From Pavona decussata (Eukaryota), in the NCBI GenBank assembly GCA_977016875.1, contig CDRNST010000102.1:1364001-1428000 (forward strand): a stretch of 64,000 nt of DNA, in the 5' to 3' direction. Positions 14,175 to 25,322 of this stretch are shown in pieces. Within the stretch, counting starts at the first letter, position 1. Each line of letters opens with the position of its first letter. Position numbers and translations under genes: made by a program. Below the pieces are notes generated by a model. The model worked only from the letters and a program-made list of their open reading frames with translations, was not told the DNA's origin and did no database searches.

Positions 14175-14416
14175 TAGGGACCTTCAAATCTGAGTACGAA
14201 TACAAGATTAAATACGAGTACGACTTTCAAATTTCAAAACAGTCACGTCCCCAGAATGCTCTTACCTTCCCGTTTCTTTCAAGCAGAAAAGTAGGCTGCG
14301 CCCTACAAAATAAGATTCGTGTGACAAGTGATTTTCTACACCACGCAAACTCGGTAGATTTAGAAAGTCGTACTCGTACTTAATCTGGTACTCGTCGCCA
14401 AATCTAAAGGTCGCTA
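14175..14416. mobile_element. MITE with imperfect TIRs
   Basis: TAGGGACCTTCAAATCTGAGTACG...GAGTACGACTTTC pairs with GAAAGTCGTACTCGTAC...AAATCTAAAGGTCGCTA. Related fragments lie at ~25790-25960 and ~47110-47280. Confidence 0.65.
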
Positions 14417-14923
14417 GATAATGAATTAACTGAAGTGTTTTCAGGATCCCCTTAGTTTTTAGGATATGTCATCCGTCAGCACCACGAGGCTTAGTTAGGC
14501 TGTGAATCAAGAAAAGAAAGAACAATTCAATTAGACAATTACACCACGTTATTGTGAGTTTTGATAATTTCAGAGCAAACCTTATTTAGATATTATACAT
14601 ACATAGAACAATCAGCGCGACTGGAACAGTTGTTTTACTGAGAAACAAACATAGAAATGTTACTAGACCTTGCTGTTTTCATTGGGTGAGAAAGATCGGA
14701 AGTTTGGCCGGACATGGTCTAATGGCCAACATCCGATGGCCGCTAAGCCAATCACATGCCATCATCTAAATCTGCAATTTTTATTAAGGAAAGATGCGCA
14801 GTACCAACCACCGCAAAAGTAGGGCCGTGGTAGCGTGGGGTTTGGCAAGGTCGGGCTACATCCTGCAATAAATAACGATTCTTGGGTGTAAAGTGAATTA
14901 AAAGTCAATGGCTTTGCTTTGAG

Positions 14924-17900
14924 TTACCTACCGGGCATCTTGCCAGATCCCTCAGGGGGAGGGGGTGGCATCGGACGACCTTGGAAACACCAAGGCACTC
15001 CGGCTTGAACTTTGTCGTCAAAGCAACATCCCCTGTCCTTTACGCACTCATCTCTCTGTATTCCCAAATATCCACAATCCTTGCGTTCTTCTGGACGAAT
15101 GCCGCGACATTTTCCGCCTATAAAATTGCAATGTAATCTTTGAATTACACCACAATGCGTTAAAAGTGTGACACCCTTTTACTTAATTGCGTACTCACGA
15201 AGGTGTTCTGACAGTATCAGCTTAGCGGAGAACGATCAATCCTTTAAACCTAGCATTATCATCAACATTATTATTTCTAACAGAAGGTGAAGAGCTAAGC
15301 AGTTAGAAATTCATAACCAAGAATCAACAGCACAGTATTGTCAAAATATGTAGTTTTAGTATTAACGGGACCAGCCTTTTCTATATGGTATCAATCACTA
15401 GCCAACCGCAATTATTGCTGTGAATACAGATCTGTGGGATATAATACACACTACATATAGATTTCGGTTCCCAGGGTTATGTAGGAGATTTCGCCAAAGC
15501 AACGACATTTATTAAATGGATACCGATTACACAGCAGAGCAACACGTTTCACATAGGCAGCAAATATCTCCGAATTTAAAGTTAAACCAGGTGTAATAGG
15601 TTGCTATTATAAGCAACACAACGCTTATGCTGTCTATTCACGTCGTGCAATTTTCCCGATTCAAAAACCATTATGGCTTTTGTTCAGTAAAAAGGGTATC
15701 AGAACAATTGAAACTCGAGGTAAATTTTTACCTTTAAAAAACAATCGTTTTGCTCGGCGACTACAGAAAACAAAGCCAACTTAGCAAACTTTTCGCGAAT
15801 TTCATAAAAGTTTCCTGGCTTTTCAACCAAAAATGATCACATTACATATTTACATATCTGCAGTTTAAAGGCAGAGTGGTATCTTCTTTTCTTAATACTG
15901 TTGAGTAAATTAATGACAAATTTGTTTGGGTGATTTTCGAAGAAGTTTTAGTAAAATGGTCAGTTTTTAGACAAATACAACTGATTGTAAACAACTGCTT
16001 TTGTGCCTAATACATTTGCAGGTTAAAGGTAAAGTCGTACTACGTACGAACCAAAGTGGTCCACACGGCATAAGCTTAACTTTTCTGTAGCATGAAGCTC
16101 GGGGTATGGAAAGGACCGGCGATATCATACAGTAGATAAACAGTTCCTAATCACATATTCAGTTGAAAAGTGTTATTTATGCAAGACTGCAAAACAGAGG
16201 TACTTTTAGGCGACGGTCGGTCATACGAATACGCACCGTCTTCAAACGAAAAGTCTGGAGCGAGTGTATAAACAGAGAGGGGGACTGAAAAGAGCTTGTA
16301 AGGCTCGCGCGCGAGGATCCCCACAAAGAAAAAAACGACTGTTTTGCAGTCTAACTTTAAACAAGTCATGACTTACCGACGGGAGGAAGAATAGCATGGA
16401 AGCACCAAGGAGCATTTTGGACGCTTTCGTCCCAGCAGCAATGGCGGCCCATAACACACTCGTCTCTACTTATTCCAAGATATCCGCAGTCCTTTCGTTT
16501 TGCGGGATCAATGCCGTCACAAGGTTTACCGGGTAACTCTAATGTAACAAAACACGCGCATAAAAAAAGGAAAATAATTAAACATAAAACAAGAAAGGTT
16601 GAACCTAGCCAGGAGAAGATTAGTTCCGATCCAGGCATGGTGCTCGCCCTCGGGCAAATTTACTGGTATTCAACAAGGTTTTACATGGAGTTTGAGAAAA
16701 TTTTTCATCCCCATCTTCCTATTAAACTTCAGTTCTCTGATCAACAAAGTTAACTGTCGTTTTTAACCAGAACAGCTTATATTATCGATATTTTTTGTTA
16801 AGCATCCTACTGATTCCGACAAAAATGTCTATTGAATTGAAAATTAAACCTAGTTTATACCGTAATTTTAATTTGCCAAATGGAATTGATTGAATTATAA
16901 ATCACACCACAAACCCTACCTTTACCCTATTGAGGTACATGCGTTCTTAGAAATCAGTTGCAAAAGCTATTCCGAGTCTGATCTGAGAAGCCAGTGTGAG
17001 CGAGTACAGCATTTGCTTTCCAGCATAAACTGACAGGAATTATTCTCTGTAAAGTTAATAAAATTGTTTATTCTTACCGCTTTTAAAACACCAAGGAGCA
17101 TCTTGGACGCTTTCATCCCAGCAGCAATGTCGGCTGTAAACACATTCGTCTCTGTTTATCCCAAAATATCCGCAGTCCTTTCGTTGTTTGGGATCAATGC
17201 CGTCACAAGGGTTCATGGCATACTCTAATATAATAAAACGCGCACAAAAATGCAATCAGAACTAAACTACAGCATAGAGGCGTTCAAGATAGCCAGGAGT
17301 AACTTCAGCCAGTTCAGACTTGGAACGCGGAGAGCAGTGCGATTATGGCTAAATCGGAGAATAGTATGTCCGATTTAGGCGTACTATTCTACGATTTACC
17401 AGTAAGGTTTTTACCTATTTTACGATTGAAGTCTCCGATTCTTCCGATTCTACGATTTTACCATAAGACACTTTAGAAATGATTATCCGATTCTACGATT
17501 CTTCCGATTCTACGATTTTACCATAAGACACTTTTAATTAGAAATGATTATCCGATTCTGCGATTCTTCCGATTCTACGATTTTACCTTAAGAGACTTTA
17601 GAAATGATTGTCCGATTCTACGATTCTTCCGACTGTACGATTTTGCCTTAAGAACGAGATATATTCATGTGTAGTGCGCTTGTTTCGGCTAATGGATTAA
17701 AGAACGAGATATATTCATGTGTAGTGCGCTTGTTTCGGGAAGAACCGTATAATCGGAAGAATCGGAATAATCGGAGAATCGTGCCAAGTACAAAAATCGG
17801 AGAATCAGAAGAATCGTATCTCAAAACTCATTTTTTGCTATTCTCCGATTTAACCATAATCGCACCCTTCTGGGAACGCGTGCTGGAACACATGGCTCAG

Positions 17901-20900
17901 TCATAAAAGGGATGCATGGAGAAAAGAGACTAATTATCGTTGCCTTGTTAGACGTATTTTTCCATTCAGTGTGACAGGCATATTTGGAAACGGTAGATAC
18001 GAAGTCTCCCCAGCAATCGAACTCGTTACCTGTAAACTGGGTTCATGTGCCAAACACACTAAGAAAAGTGGCCTTCAACAAGATACCTTTGGGTTTAAGG
18101 CGTCATAACTTATTTTATTCTTTCCAGTTTTGAGAAAATATTCATAAATTTTAGCCAGAAGTTGTTATTTCCGCTTAACAAAGTAGCACTTAAAACTGAG
18201 TCTAACGAAAATCTTGTGAAATAAATTGACTTAAAATTAAAGCTTTCGAGCAGTAGTTTACTTTGGCATTGTTAATTGACTACAGTAGTAAGATTTATAT
18301 GGGAACTTGTTTTCTGTTCCTTTTTTTTAATTCCTCACTTTATGCATACAGCTTACCTGTTCTAACAGCATATCCTGTCAATAAAAGAGGACAAAACTAA
18401 GTAGTCCGTTTAAATAATATGATAGTTATTGTAACAGTGATAACTACAATAACAATTTGTATGCATAATAACTTTTAAGAATCTCATTATTATTGTCATC
18501 ATCATAATGAAATTTATATCATGGTTATTATTGTTTCCTTAATTTGTCTGATTTCCATTCGTGTCCTGATAAACTCCGTACATGTGAGAGTAGCGGTGGT
18601 TTCTAAGTGATGGATATCGCTTTCTTCAAGATATGCACTGTTCCGAGAAGGGCGATCTGTTCGATCCCAATGTTTCCTGGTATTAAGCTGATATTCTTTG
18701 TAATGCCTGTGTTGAACGATTTCAATGACCCGATCACGACTGGGATTGCTCATGTCCTCTGGTTCTCAACTTGGCCTTAATCTAATTTCAATTTTAATTT
18801 AAGATTTTGGATTTTGACAGTTTTTTAAAATCTTCAGACTGAAGCAGTTCTTTCCTTGGTTAGGCATTGGTCACGTTCGGCTACAATGAAGTCCTCAGTT
18901 TTGAATTTTAGAAGCATTATTATCGCTCTGAGGAAGCGCTAACGCTCGATGGTTAACAGTGAATTCGTTTCAACGTTGATAGACTTATACATCTCGTTAC
19001 ATAACAGTTGTGATTAAGCTCTTCCAGCGTTTTTATTACGATCAAATTGGTAAGAAATGTTTAAACCTTTTTGGTATAGAAATTTTAAAGCAATTGTTAT
19101 CTCATTTCGTGGTTTGTTGCTAACATTCGTTTATGACGTGTTTGATGAAAATGTGGCCGTGTTAGTCGAATGTCACAAATTTCACCTTTCACTTTTGGAA
19201 AGGAAACTGTATTGCAGCCAAATATATGACAGATTTTAACAGATGATGGATAGAACGTTTGCACTGATATGTGGAGGAGCCTGTGAGTACGAGCCACTTT
19301 TGTATTATTCCGCTGAACTTGAGCTAAATGGCATGTTGCGATACGTGCTCAAAGCAAAAACATTGTGCCCTCAGATTTATAACAGTAATTAAAGCTTATG
19401 ATTGAAATCATCATATTATGAACGTGAAGAGTCATCGTTAATAACTAGCGAATAAGGTGATTTTGAATTAACTGTATTCTTTGGAACTAAAATTGCAAGT
19501 CTTGCAAAATTCATGATCTCGCCACTGGGCCGGGTTCAAGCACCACCCGGGGTGTGAAAAGTTCGAATCAGGAAATCTTAAGAACGTTAAATTCCACCAT
19601 TCGTATTTCGTATTTGTTACTTTAATACTTGCCAAGAGAAGTTGATGGAAGATTTATCTGCGAAATATATTTTTTTAGTTGAAATTGAATATGGGGATCT
19701 TAGGGGGAGTAGCTCTCAATTATGGTTCTTCCGTGCTCGCGTTAGTCTCGCCGGTTCATTTGGATATTCAACCGTCTCGTTCGCGTTAATGTTTTAATTT
19801 TTTTTGTTTTACTTCGAACTAAATTTCCCCGCAATTCGCGTTAATTTCAAATGCTAGTGCTAATTTAGGATCTTTTTACCGCATAATTTGTAACTTTTTG
19901 AAGACGCCTGCAGCTGAAAAAACTAACTATCACGCAATTAGAATTACAAGTTTAACAAATGAGAGTAACTAACCAGGATAAACTGAAAAGCTATATTCAG
20001 GTGTAAAATTAATAACCTTGAAACCTGGAAACCCATAGAAATTTTCTTCAACTTACAAGTAAAGAGGTATTTGATTCTGTTTTAGCTTACAATTTGAAAT
20101 TACCGATCGCGACTGCAGCTGAAAAAACTATCACGCAAATGAGAATGAGAATTTAAACAAAGACGCATAATTAATCAGGATATATTGAAACCTTAAAATT
20201 AATACCCTTGAAAAATGATCAATTGAAGCCCTAAAAATTTTCTTCGCGTGCTAGTGTAAGTGTTGAGGCGTTATTTATTAAAAGGTTTTGATAGAATTCT
20301 ATAAATGTGACTATTTAATTAAAACCATAAGCTCTAAAGTAAGTCGGTTTTTTTCTTTTACACATATTTTATGCATACAAAGGGATAAGAGTCCATATTG
20401 TGGCGATACAGGCAAGCTACAGAACAAAGCCTTTACGAGTTTTCGTTTATCAGTCTACTGGATGGATGTGTTGAACAGTAACGCGCCCTTTCATGTCAAA
20501 GGTTTCAATATTTTTCGTGTTTTCCACTTTTTAATTTACTTTGTCGCTTCCGGAAATAACATGGTGCGCCTCTCCTTTTCACGGTTCTACTCTGGTTTCC
20601 TACATGAAATGCTGTAGTGGGGCTATTGAGTGGCATGGTCAATTTCCTATAGTGTGGTCAGTTTGTATCCAGTAAAAATTTGTTAAATGCACTCGGCAGG
20701 TAATAAGGATGAGTAAGGAGAACCTCGTTTAACAAATGAGTGCGATAATTTTTGTTAACCATCACAGATGTTACTACTCGGTGGAAACTTGTTTACGTGA
20801 AAGAAAGCAGGGATCACCAGCGAAATGGAAATATTACGCAGGAGGAAAAAAAACGACTATGCTAACTTACCCATTCCAAAAAGGATCACTGCAACGCCTG

Positions 20901-20910
20901 TCCACTGCAT
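14924..20910 (-). CDS. Secreted three-trefoil (P-domain) protein, 191 aa; exons 20871-20910, 20104-20118, 18357-18374, 17078-17224, 16377-16538, 14924-15117
   Basis: All introns are GT-AG phase 1 and the CDS is 576 nt, open to TAA. Leader MQWTGVAVILFGMAAVAIGYAVRT, then three C-x10-C-x9-C-x5-CC-x10/11-C domains with RKDCGY and PWCF motifs, and a Pro-rich tail. The microexons are less certain than the domain exons. Confidence 0.85.
16184..16352. mobile_element. Short MITE in trefoil intron
   Basis: TIR AGACTGCAAAACAG / CTGTTTTGCAGTCT. Confidence 0.7.
17330..17872. mobile_element. hAT-type MITE with internal ~60-bp tandem repeats
   Basis: TIR GTGCGATTATGG(C/T)TAAATCGGAGAATAG; 8-bp TSD GGAACGCG at 17322-17329 and 17873-17880. 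Confidence 0.8.
18480..18750 (-). mobile_element. 3' fragment of a REL-endonuclease non-LTR retrotransposon (R4/NeSL-like)
   Basis: Frameshifted translation PVVIGSL...IEQIALLGTVHILKKAISI followed by an (ATA/ATG)-rich tail. Confidence 0.55.
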
Positions 20911-22519
20911 TTTGGCTTTGATGCTGCTGCGTTTGAACGAACTGTTAAATGCGATAACAGGCTCTTAGTCTTTAAAATTGATATCAACGTGTAATATTAA
21001 TTCAACTCGACGTGAGACAGGTGTACCTTTTGCCTAGCTCTTTAATTCGGTTATCTATTTTCCCATTGGCCTCCTTGGAACTGATGTTTATCATTCGAAA
21101 ACGGACCGATTGTACTCAAGTTTTAACTTGACGTCTGTCTGGTAGATCATTAAATGTGCGCCAATTACGCAATGACGTGCAGTAATAACTGAATTTCGTC
21201 CAAAGAAAGACATTAAACTATTTTACGAAATCGCATTGGACTCATAAAGGACAAGCGAAAGAGATGAAATTTTGTATAGACGACTCCTGAAGCGTCATAA
21301 ACTTTCTTTATCAACATGAAGTGACATTTTCGTAAGAAAAAAAACACTAATCCCAAGTGGATATTATTTGACGACATTGAGATTTCTCTAAATCTAGTAA
21401 TCCCTGTTATAAAAAAAAAAACAATCAACTTGTGGGCGAAAGCTCAAAGGGGATATTGGCTTTCAGACAAATGTTCAAATACGGTAAGGCTTGTAGGATA
21501 TGAGCAAATAACTAATAGCAGGAAACCAATCACAGCACGGAATTAATTATATCCATACAGCGGTTCTCCATGTATTAAGAACTACATTCAATAGATAAAT
21601 CCCTTCAGGTGGTGGTTTTATCAGGGGCCGGATAATTTCCGAACCAGAAAGATTGTCCAAAACAATAAACAGTTGCCCAAGAATCGAGGCCTTTTAATCA
21701 TTGGCTAAAAGCCTATTTATCTGAAGGATTTTATTTTCCTGGCTTCGACACACACCTCACATGAAAAGAAAAACGTGTTGGCCCGAGCGGGAATCAAAGT
21801 TATCTCTCTCCGGTAACTAGTCGGGCGTGATAACCACTGCACTTGGGAACTTAAACAACCACGGCGACAATGCCGCAAATCCATAGGTCAAATTAGGAAA
21901 ACAATCGCTCTGTATGTGCGTTTCAAATGTCCGTAAATTTCTTTGCCGTCGTTTGCAAAACAACGTCAAATAACTAAATTCAAGGTTTTGGGTAGAATTT
22001 TCATTCTCTTTCTTAACTCGAACGCCACGTCTAACAATTTGGTTCCTGGGTAGTTCGCCGTTTCTGCACAAGTTCGTTGAGTTGAAATACAAGCTGCCTG
22101 TTACAACAATGCATGATTTGCGTTTATGCGAAACGCGGAAAACGTCGCCTGCTCACAGGCAACTCTTTACGGAAGCCTGTAACAGGTACAACAGAATGCT
22201 ATAATCTGCGTAGTCGGACTACTACAAAAGTAAAATTTAGAGGGCGGACGCTTTTCATCTATTTAAAGTTGTTGAGAGCTTGTTCATTTCAAGATCTCCG
22301 GTTTTGTCGTCGACATTTTTTTTCTGTCGCCTTAAGACTCCCTATATCTCTTGGTTGGAAATTCACTCAATGACTTTTAGGTTCAAAGAATATCGAATCG
22401 TAATTTTTGGGACGAGCTAGAGAGAACCTCTGGGCGCTTTACACCCTCTGCCGCTAAAGAGCCCATACGAAGCCCTCACTTGTTTCTTGGATGCAGAAAC
22501 ACGAGCTCAGACTATGACT

Positions 22520-23830
22520 CAACGAATTATTAAAAAATTACCAACGTACTTTCAAGCAAATCTTGTCCACCTGATCCAGTGCCAACTTATCTTCTAAGTC
22601 TCTGCGCTAATTATAACAGACATTATTAATGAATCCTTATGCTCTGGTGTATTCCCAGCTGTACTTAAACGGTCTTTAGTGCGTCGAGTTTTGAAAAAAA
22701 AAACCTGATCTTGATGTTTAAGATCAGAATGTTCTAAAAAATTGCCGACCTGTTGCAAATATTCATTTGATGGCCACAGTTATTGAAAAGGTTGTTGCGG
22801 CTCAAACGTATTTCTACTTAATGACAAACCACTTATTGCCTGCTATGCAATCAGCGTATCGGAGACATCACTCCACCGAAACTGCGCTTTTGCGAGTTAT
22901 GAATGATGTACTAAACCATTAACATTCATCAAGACGTTGTCTTAATAATATTGGGCCTGTCAGCTGCCTTCGACACCCTCGATCACACTCTTCTCAAGGA
23001 CAGACTCAGCAATTATTTGGATTTTCATATAGTGTGTTCAAATGGTTCTCCTCTTACCTTCGATAGTTAACACAACATCCAGTCCATGCCATGTCGATTT
23101 CGGTATTCATCAGCCGGCTCTACTAGGACATCTTTTGTTTACCCTTTTTAATTGCTTCCTTTACAAGATATAGTCTCCGCGCATAATCTGAACAATATGT
23201 TTTATGGAGATGACTGGCAAATATATATGGACATCAACCCTAATGATCAATCATATTCATTTATCACCCTCCGATGATGTGTTACCCATGCTATGGCATG
23301 GAACACACAATAAGTGGCTATGCAATCCTGATAAAACAGAAGGTATTCAATTTAGTTCTCGCTTTGACGTGACGTCCAAGAGAGCCCATTTAGATTTTTC
23401 TTATAGATAACTCTAATAGTCAATACCGTGGCTTACCTAGGCGTGTAACTGTTAAACTTCAAAGCATTCAGAATTCTGCAGCACGCCTGATCTCGTGGAT
23501 AAGACGATGTGACCGTATAACTCCAGTCTTGAAACATTTTCATTGGCTTCCGGTTGAAGCACGCATCGTTTTTTTAAAAGGCACTGTTCTTGACTTAAAA
23601 TATTCTTAATGGACAAGCTCCTGGTTATCTGGCCTTTCTTATCACTAATATCAACCAAACCGTATGCTTCACTCATCCGGTCTTTCTCTACTTCACGTTC
23701 CGACAGTCAAGACAGTACAGTGAGTTATGCATTGAACCTACTTTCTCCTGTTACGGTAGAAAAATAATGAACTCGCTACCCCAAGACATAAATTCTTCTG
23801 AAACTTTCTTAATTTCAAATCTCGCATTAA
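22520..23830 (+). mobile_element. Decayed L2/CR1-group LINE reverse transcriptase
   Basis: Motifs KNCRPVANI, MQSAYRRHHSTETALLRVMNDV and LSAAFDTLDH with stops and frameshifts; homologous copy at 62970-64000. Confidence 0.8.
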
Positions 23831-23974
23831 AAATTACGAATACATAATATGCATATGTTATATTTTTATATTGCTTGCTATCTATTTACCTACTATTTGT
23901 TTACTTACTTATTTATATACGTAAAACTTATTCCTTATAAGCAAAAGTTTGGTAATAAACAAGCAAGTAAAAAT

Positions 23975-24400
23975 CAACGATAATTCGAACGACGCTTCGG
24001 AGTCGTCATGACACCGTTTTCAAATTCAAAATGGTTAGAATAAACTGCCAGAAATAGTTCGCTGAATATAAAAAATCGTCAACAGTTCTGTAATGTTACG
24101 CAAATAGTTTGGCTACATTTGAGCCCGATCGGACTTTAAGACTATGATGGTGCGAATTAAAGGCAACACACAATTGTTTTCCGTTTCCATGGTGAACTTG
24201 ACTGGAGTGACAGTTGTTAAGAACCTGAACAAACAAGCCGCGGATATTGTATCTACGCCCTTTGCCAACTCAGTCGTGAATGATTTACTTCATTTTCTGT
24301 TTACAGTACAACAGCGCTTTGTTAGCTCGTTTTCTTTGCTTCCTTAGCTTCGCGTCCTTTCTGCGCCCAACTAGGCTGAAGTTGCCACCGACAAATGGGT
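23975..24400 (-). mobile_element. Internally deleted Penelope-like relic
   Basis: LNNCHS/VKFTMETENN RT-like motif, AKLFA* C-terminus and a degenerate hammerhead-like hairpin; homologue at ~41260-41660. Confidence 0.5.
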
Positions 24401-25322
24401 TTTGCCGAGGATATGACTAAATCTCCGCTAACGTCTTTTAACAATGTGACGCCCTCGCTTTTCTTTCTTCTTCATCAAAGCTCTTCACGGTCCATTCTAC
24501 TCCTTTCCTTTGCCTTCTTGTTTATCCTTCAATCGCTTTTTTTCACACGGCTTCTACAATTAGCAGACAAGTAAATCAATTTTCTTTTTTCTTAAAAAAG
24601 TACAGAGAAATGATAGTTTTTAATTAGGCAATACTGCATTAACTAAGTTTTGCAACATGCTGTGCTAACTCGAAAAATAATTTAAAACACATTACGACAT
24701 ATCACTCTAAAATGATAATACAAAACACAAGAATAATACAAAAAATGTGAATAATGGAAAATTTCAGGGCAGATGTCATTAATAAAGAAAACAAAACAAT
24801 ATTTAATATCTTGGCTTGTCATAGTCAAGGAATATTCTTTGCTGATAAAAATTGGATCAATGAATCGAAATACAAATTCTTGGTCAGTAAAAAAAAAACT
24901 AATAATTTCACTACCGCTTGTTTGATATGGAATGATTATAGCCAGTACCATCTCATAACAAACGCGTGCTGGTGGAGTAATTCTTAATTATTTCAACTGT
25001 TAAGTAAACGATACTGGCACAACATTCAATTCTCGTACCGCAATTAACATCATGATTTCCCTGACTAAAGAGGAACGTTTACAAAATAACACTTCATTAA
25101 GAACTATAAATTTTCGGATTTAGTTTTCTTCGTTTCTTCTTGGAAGTAGAAAACGTGACCGAGATGCTATATTAATTATGTTGAGGAGTTAATTGCGACT
25201 TGTTAAAGAGTGTAAACAGCCTGTCCACCCACGAAGCTGACATCATTTGGCAGGTGTAACGTAGTTCTCCGGAAGATAATTGACCAATTTGCAGCTGCAT
25301 GCTCAGTCTCTTATCGTCCATT

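Noticed and set aside
16539-16638. Hydrophobic N-terminus of the ORF-track protein 16366-16638, suggesting a single-exon secreted trefoil
   Set aside because: It is T-rich intron sequence upstream of an acceptor homologous to the one at 17225; the spliced model explains it better.
21776-21840. Minus-strand tRNA-like fragment
   Set aside because: Too degenerate; probably a SINE head remnant.
25299-25322. Upstream in-frame ATG for PAN gene A
   Set aside because: It is ACG in both copy-B exon-1 versions; only the MANWW ATG is conserved.
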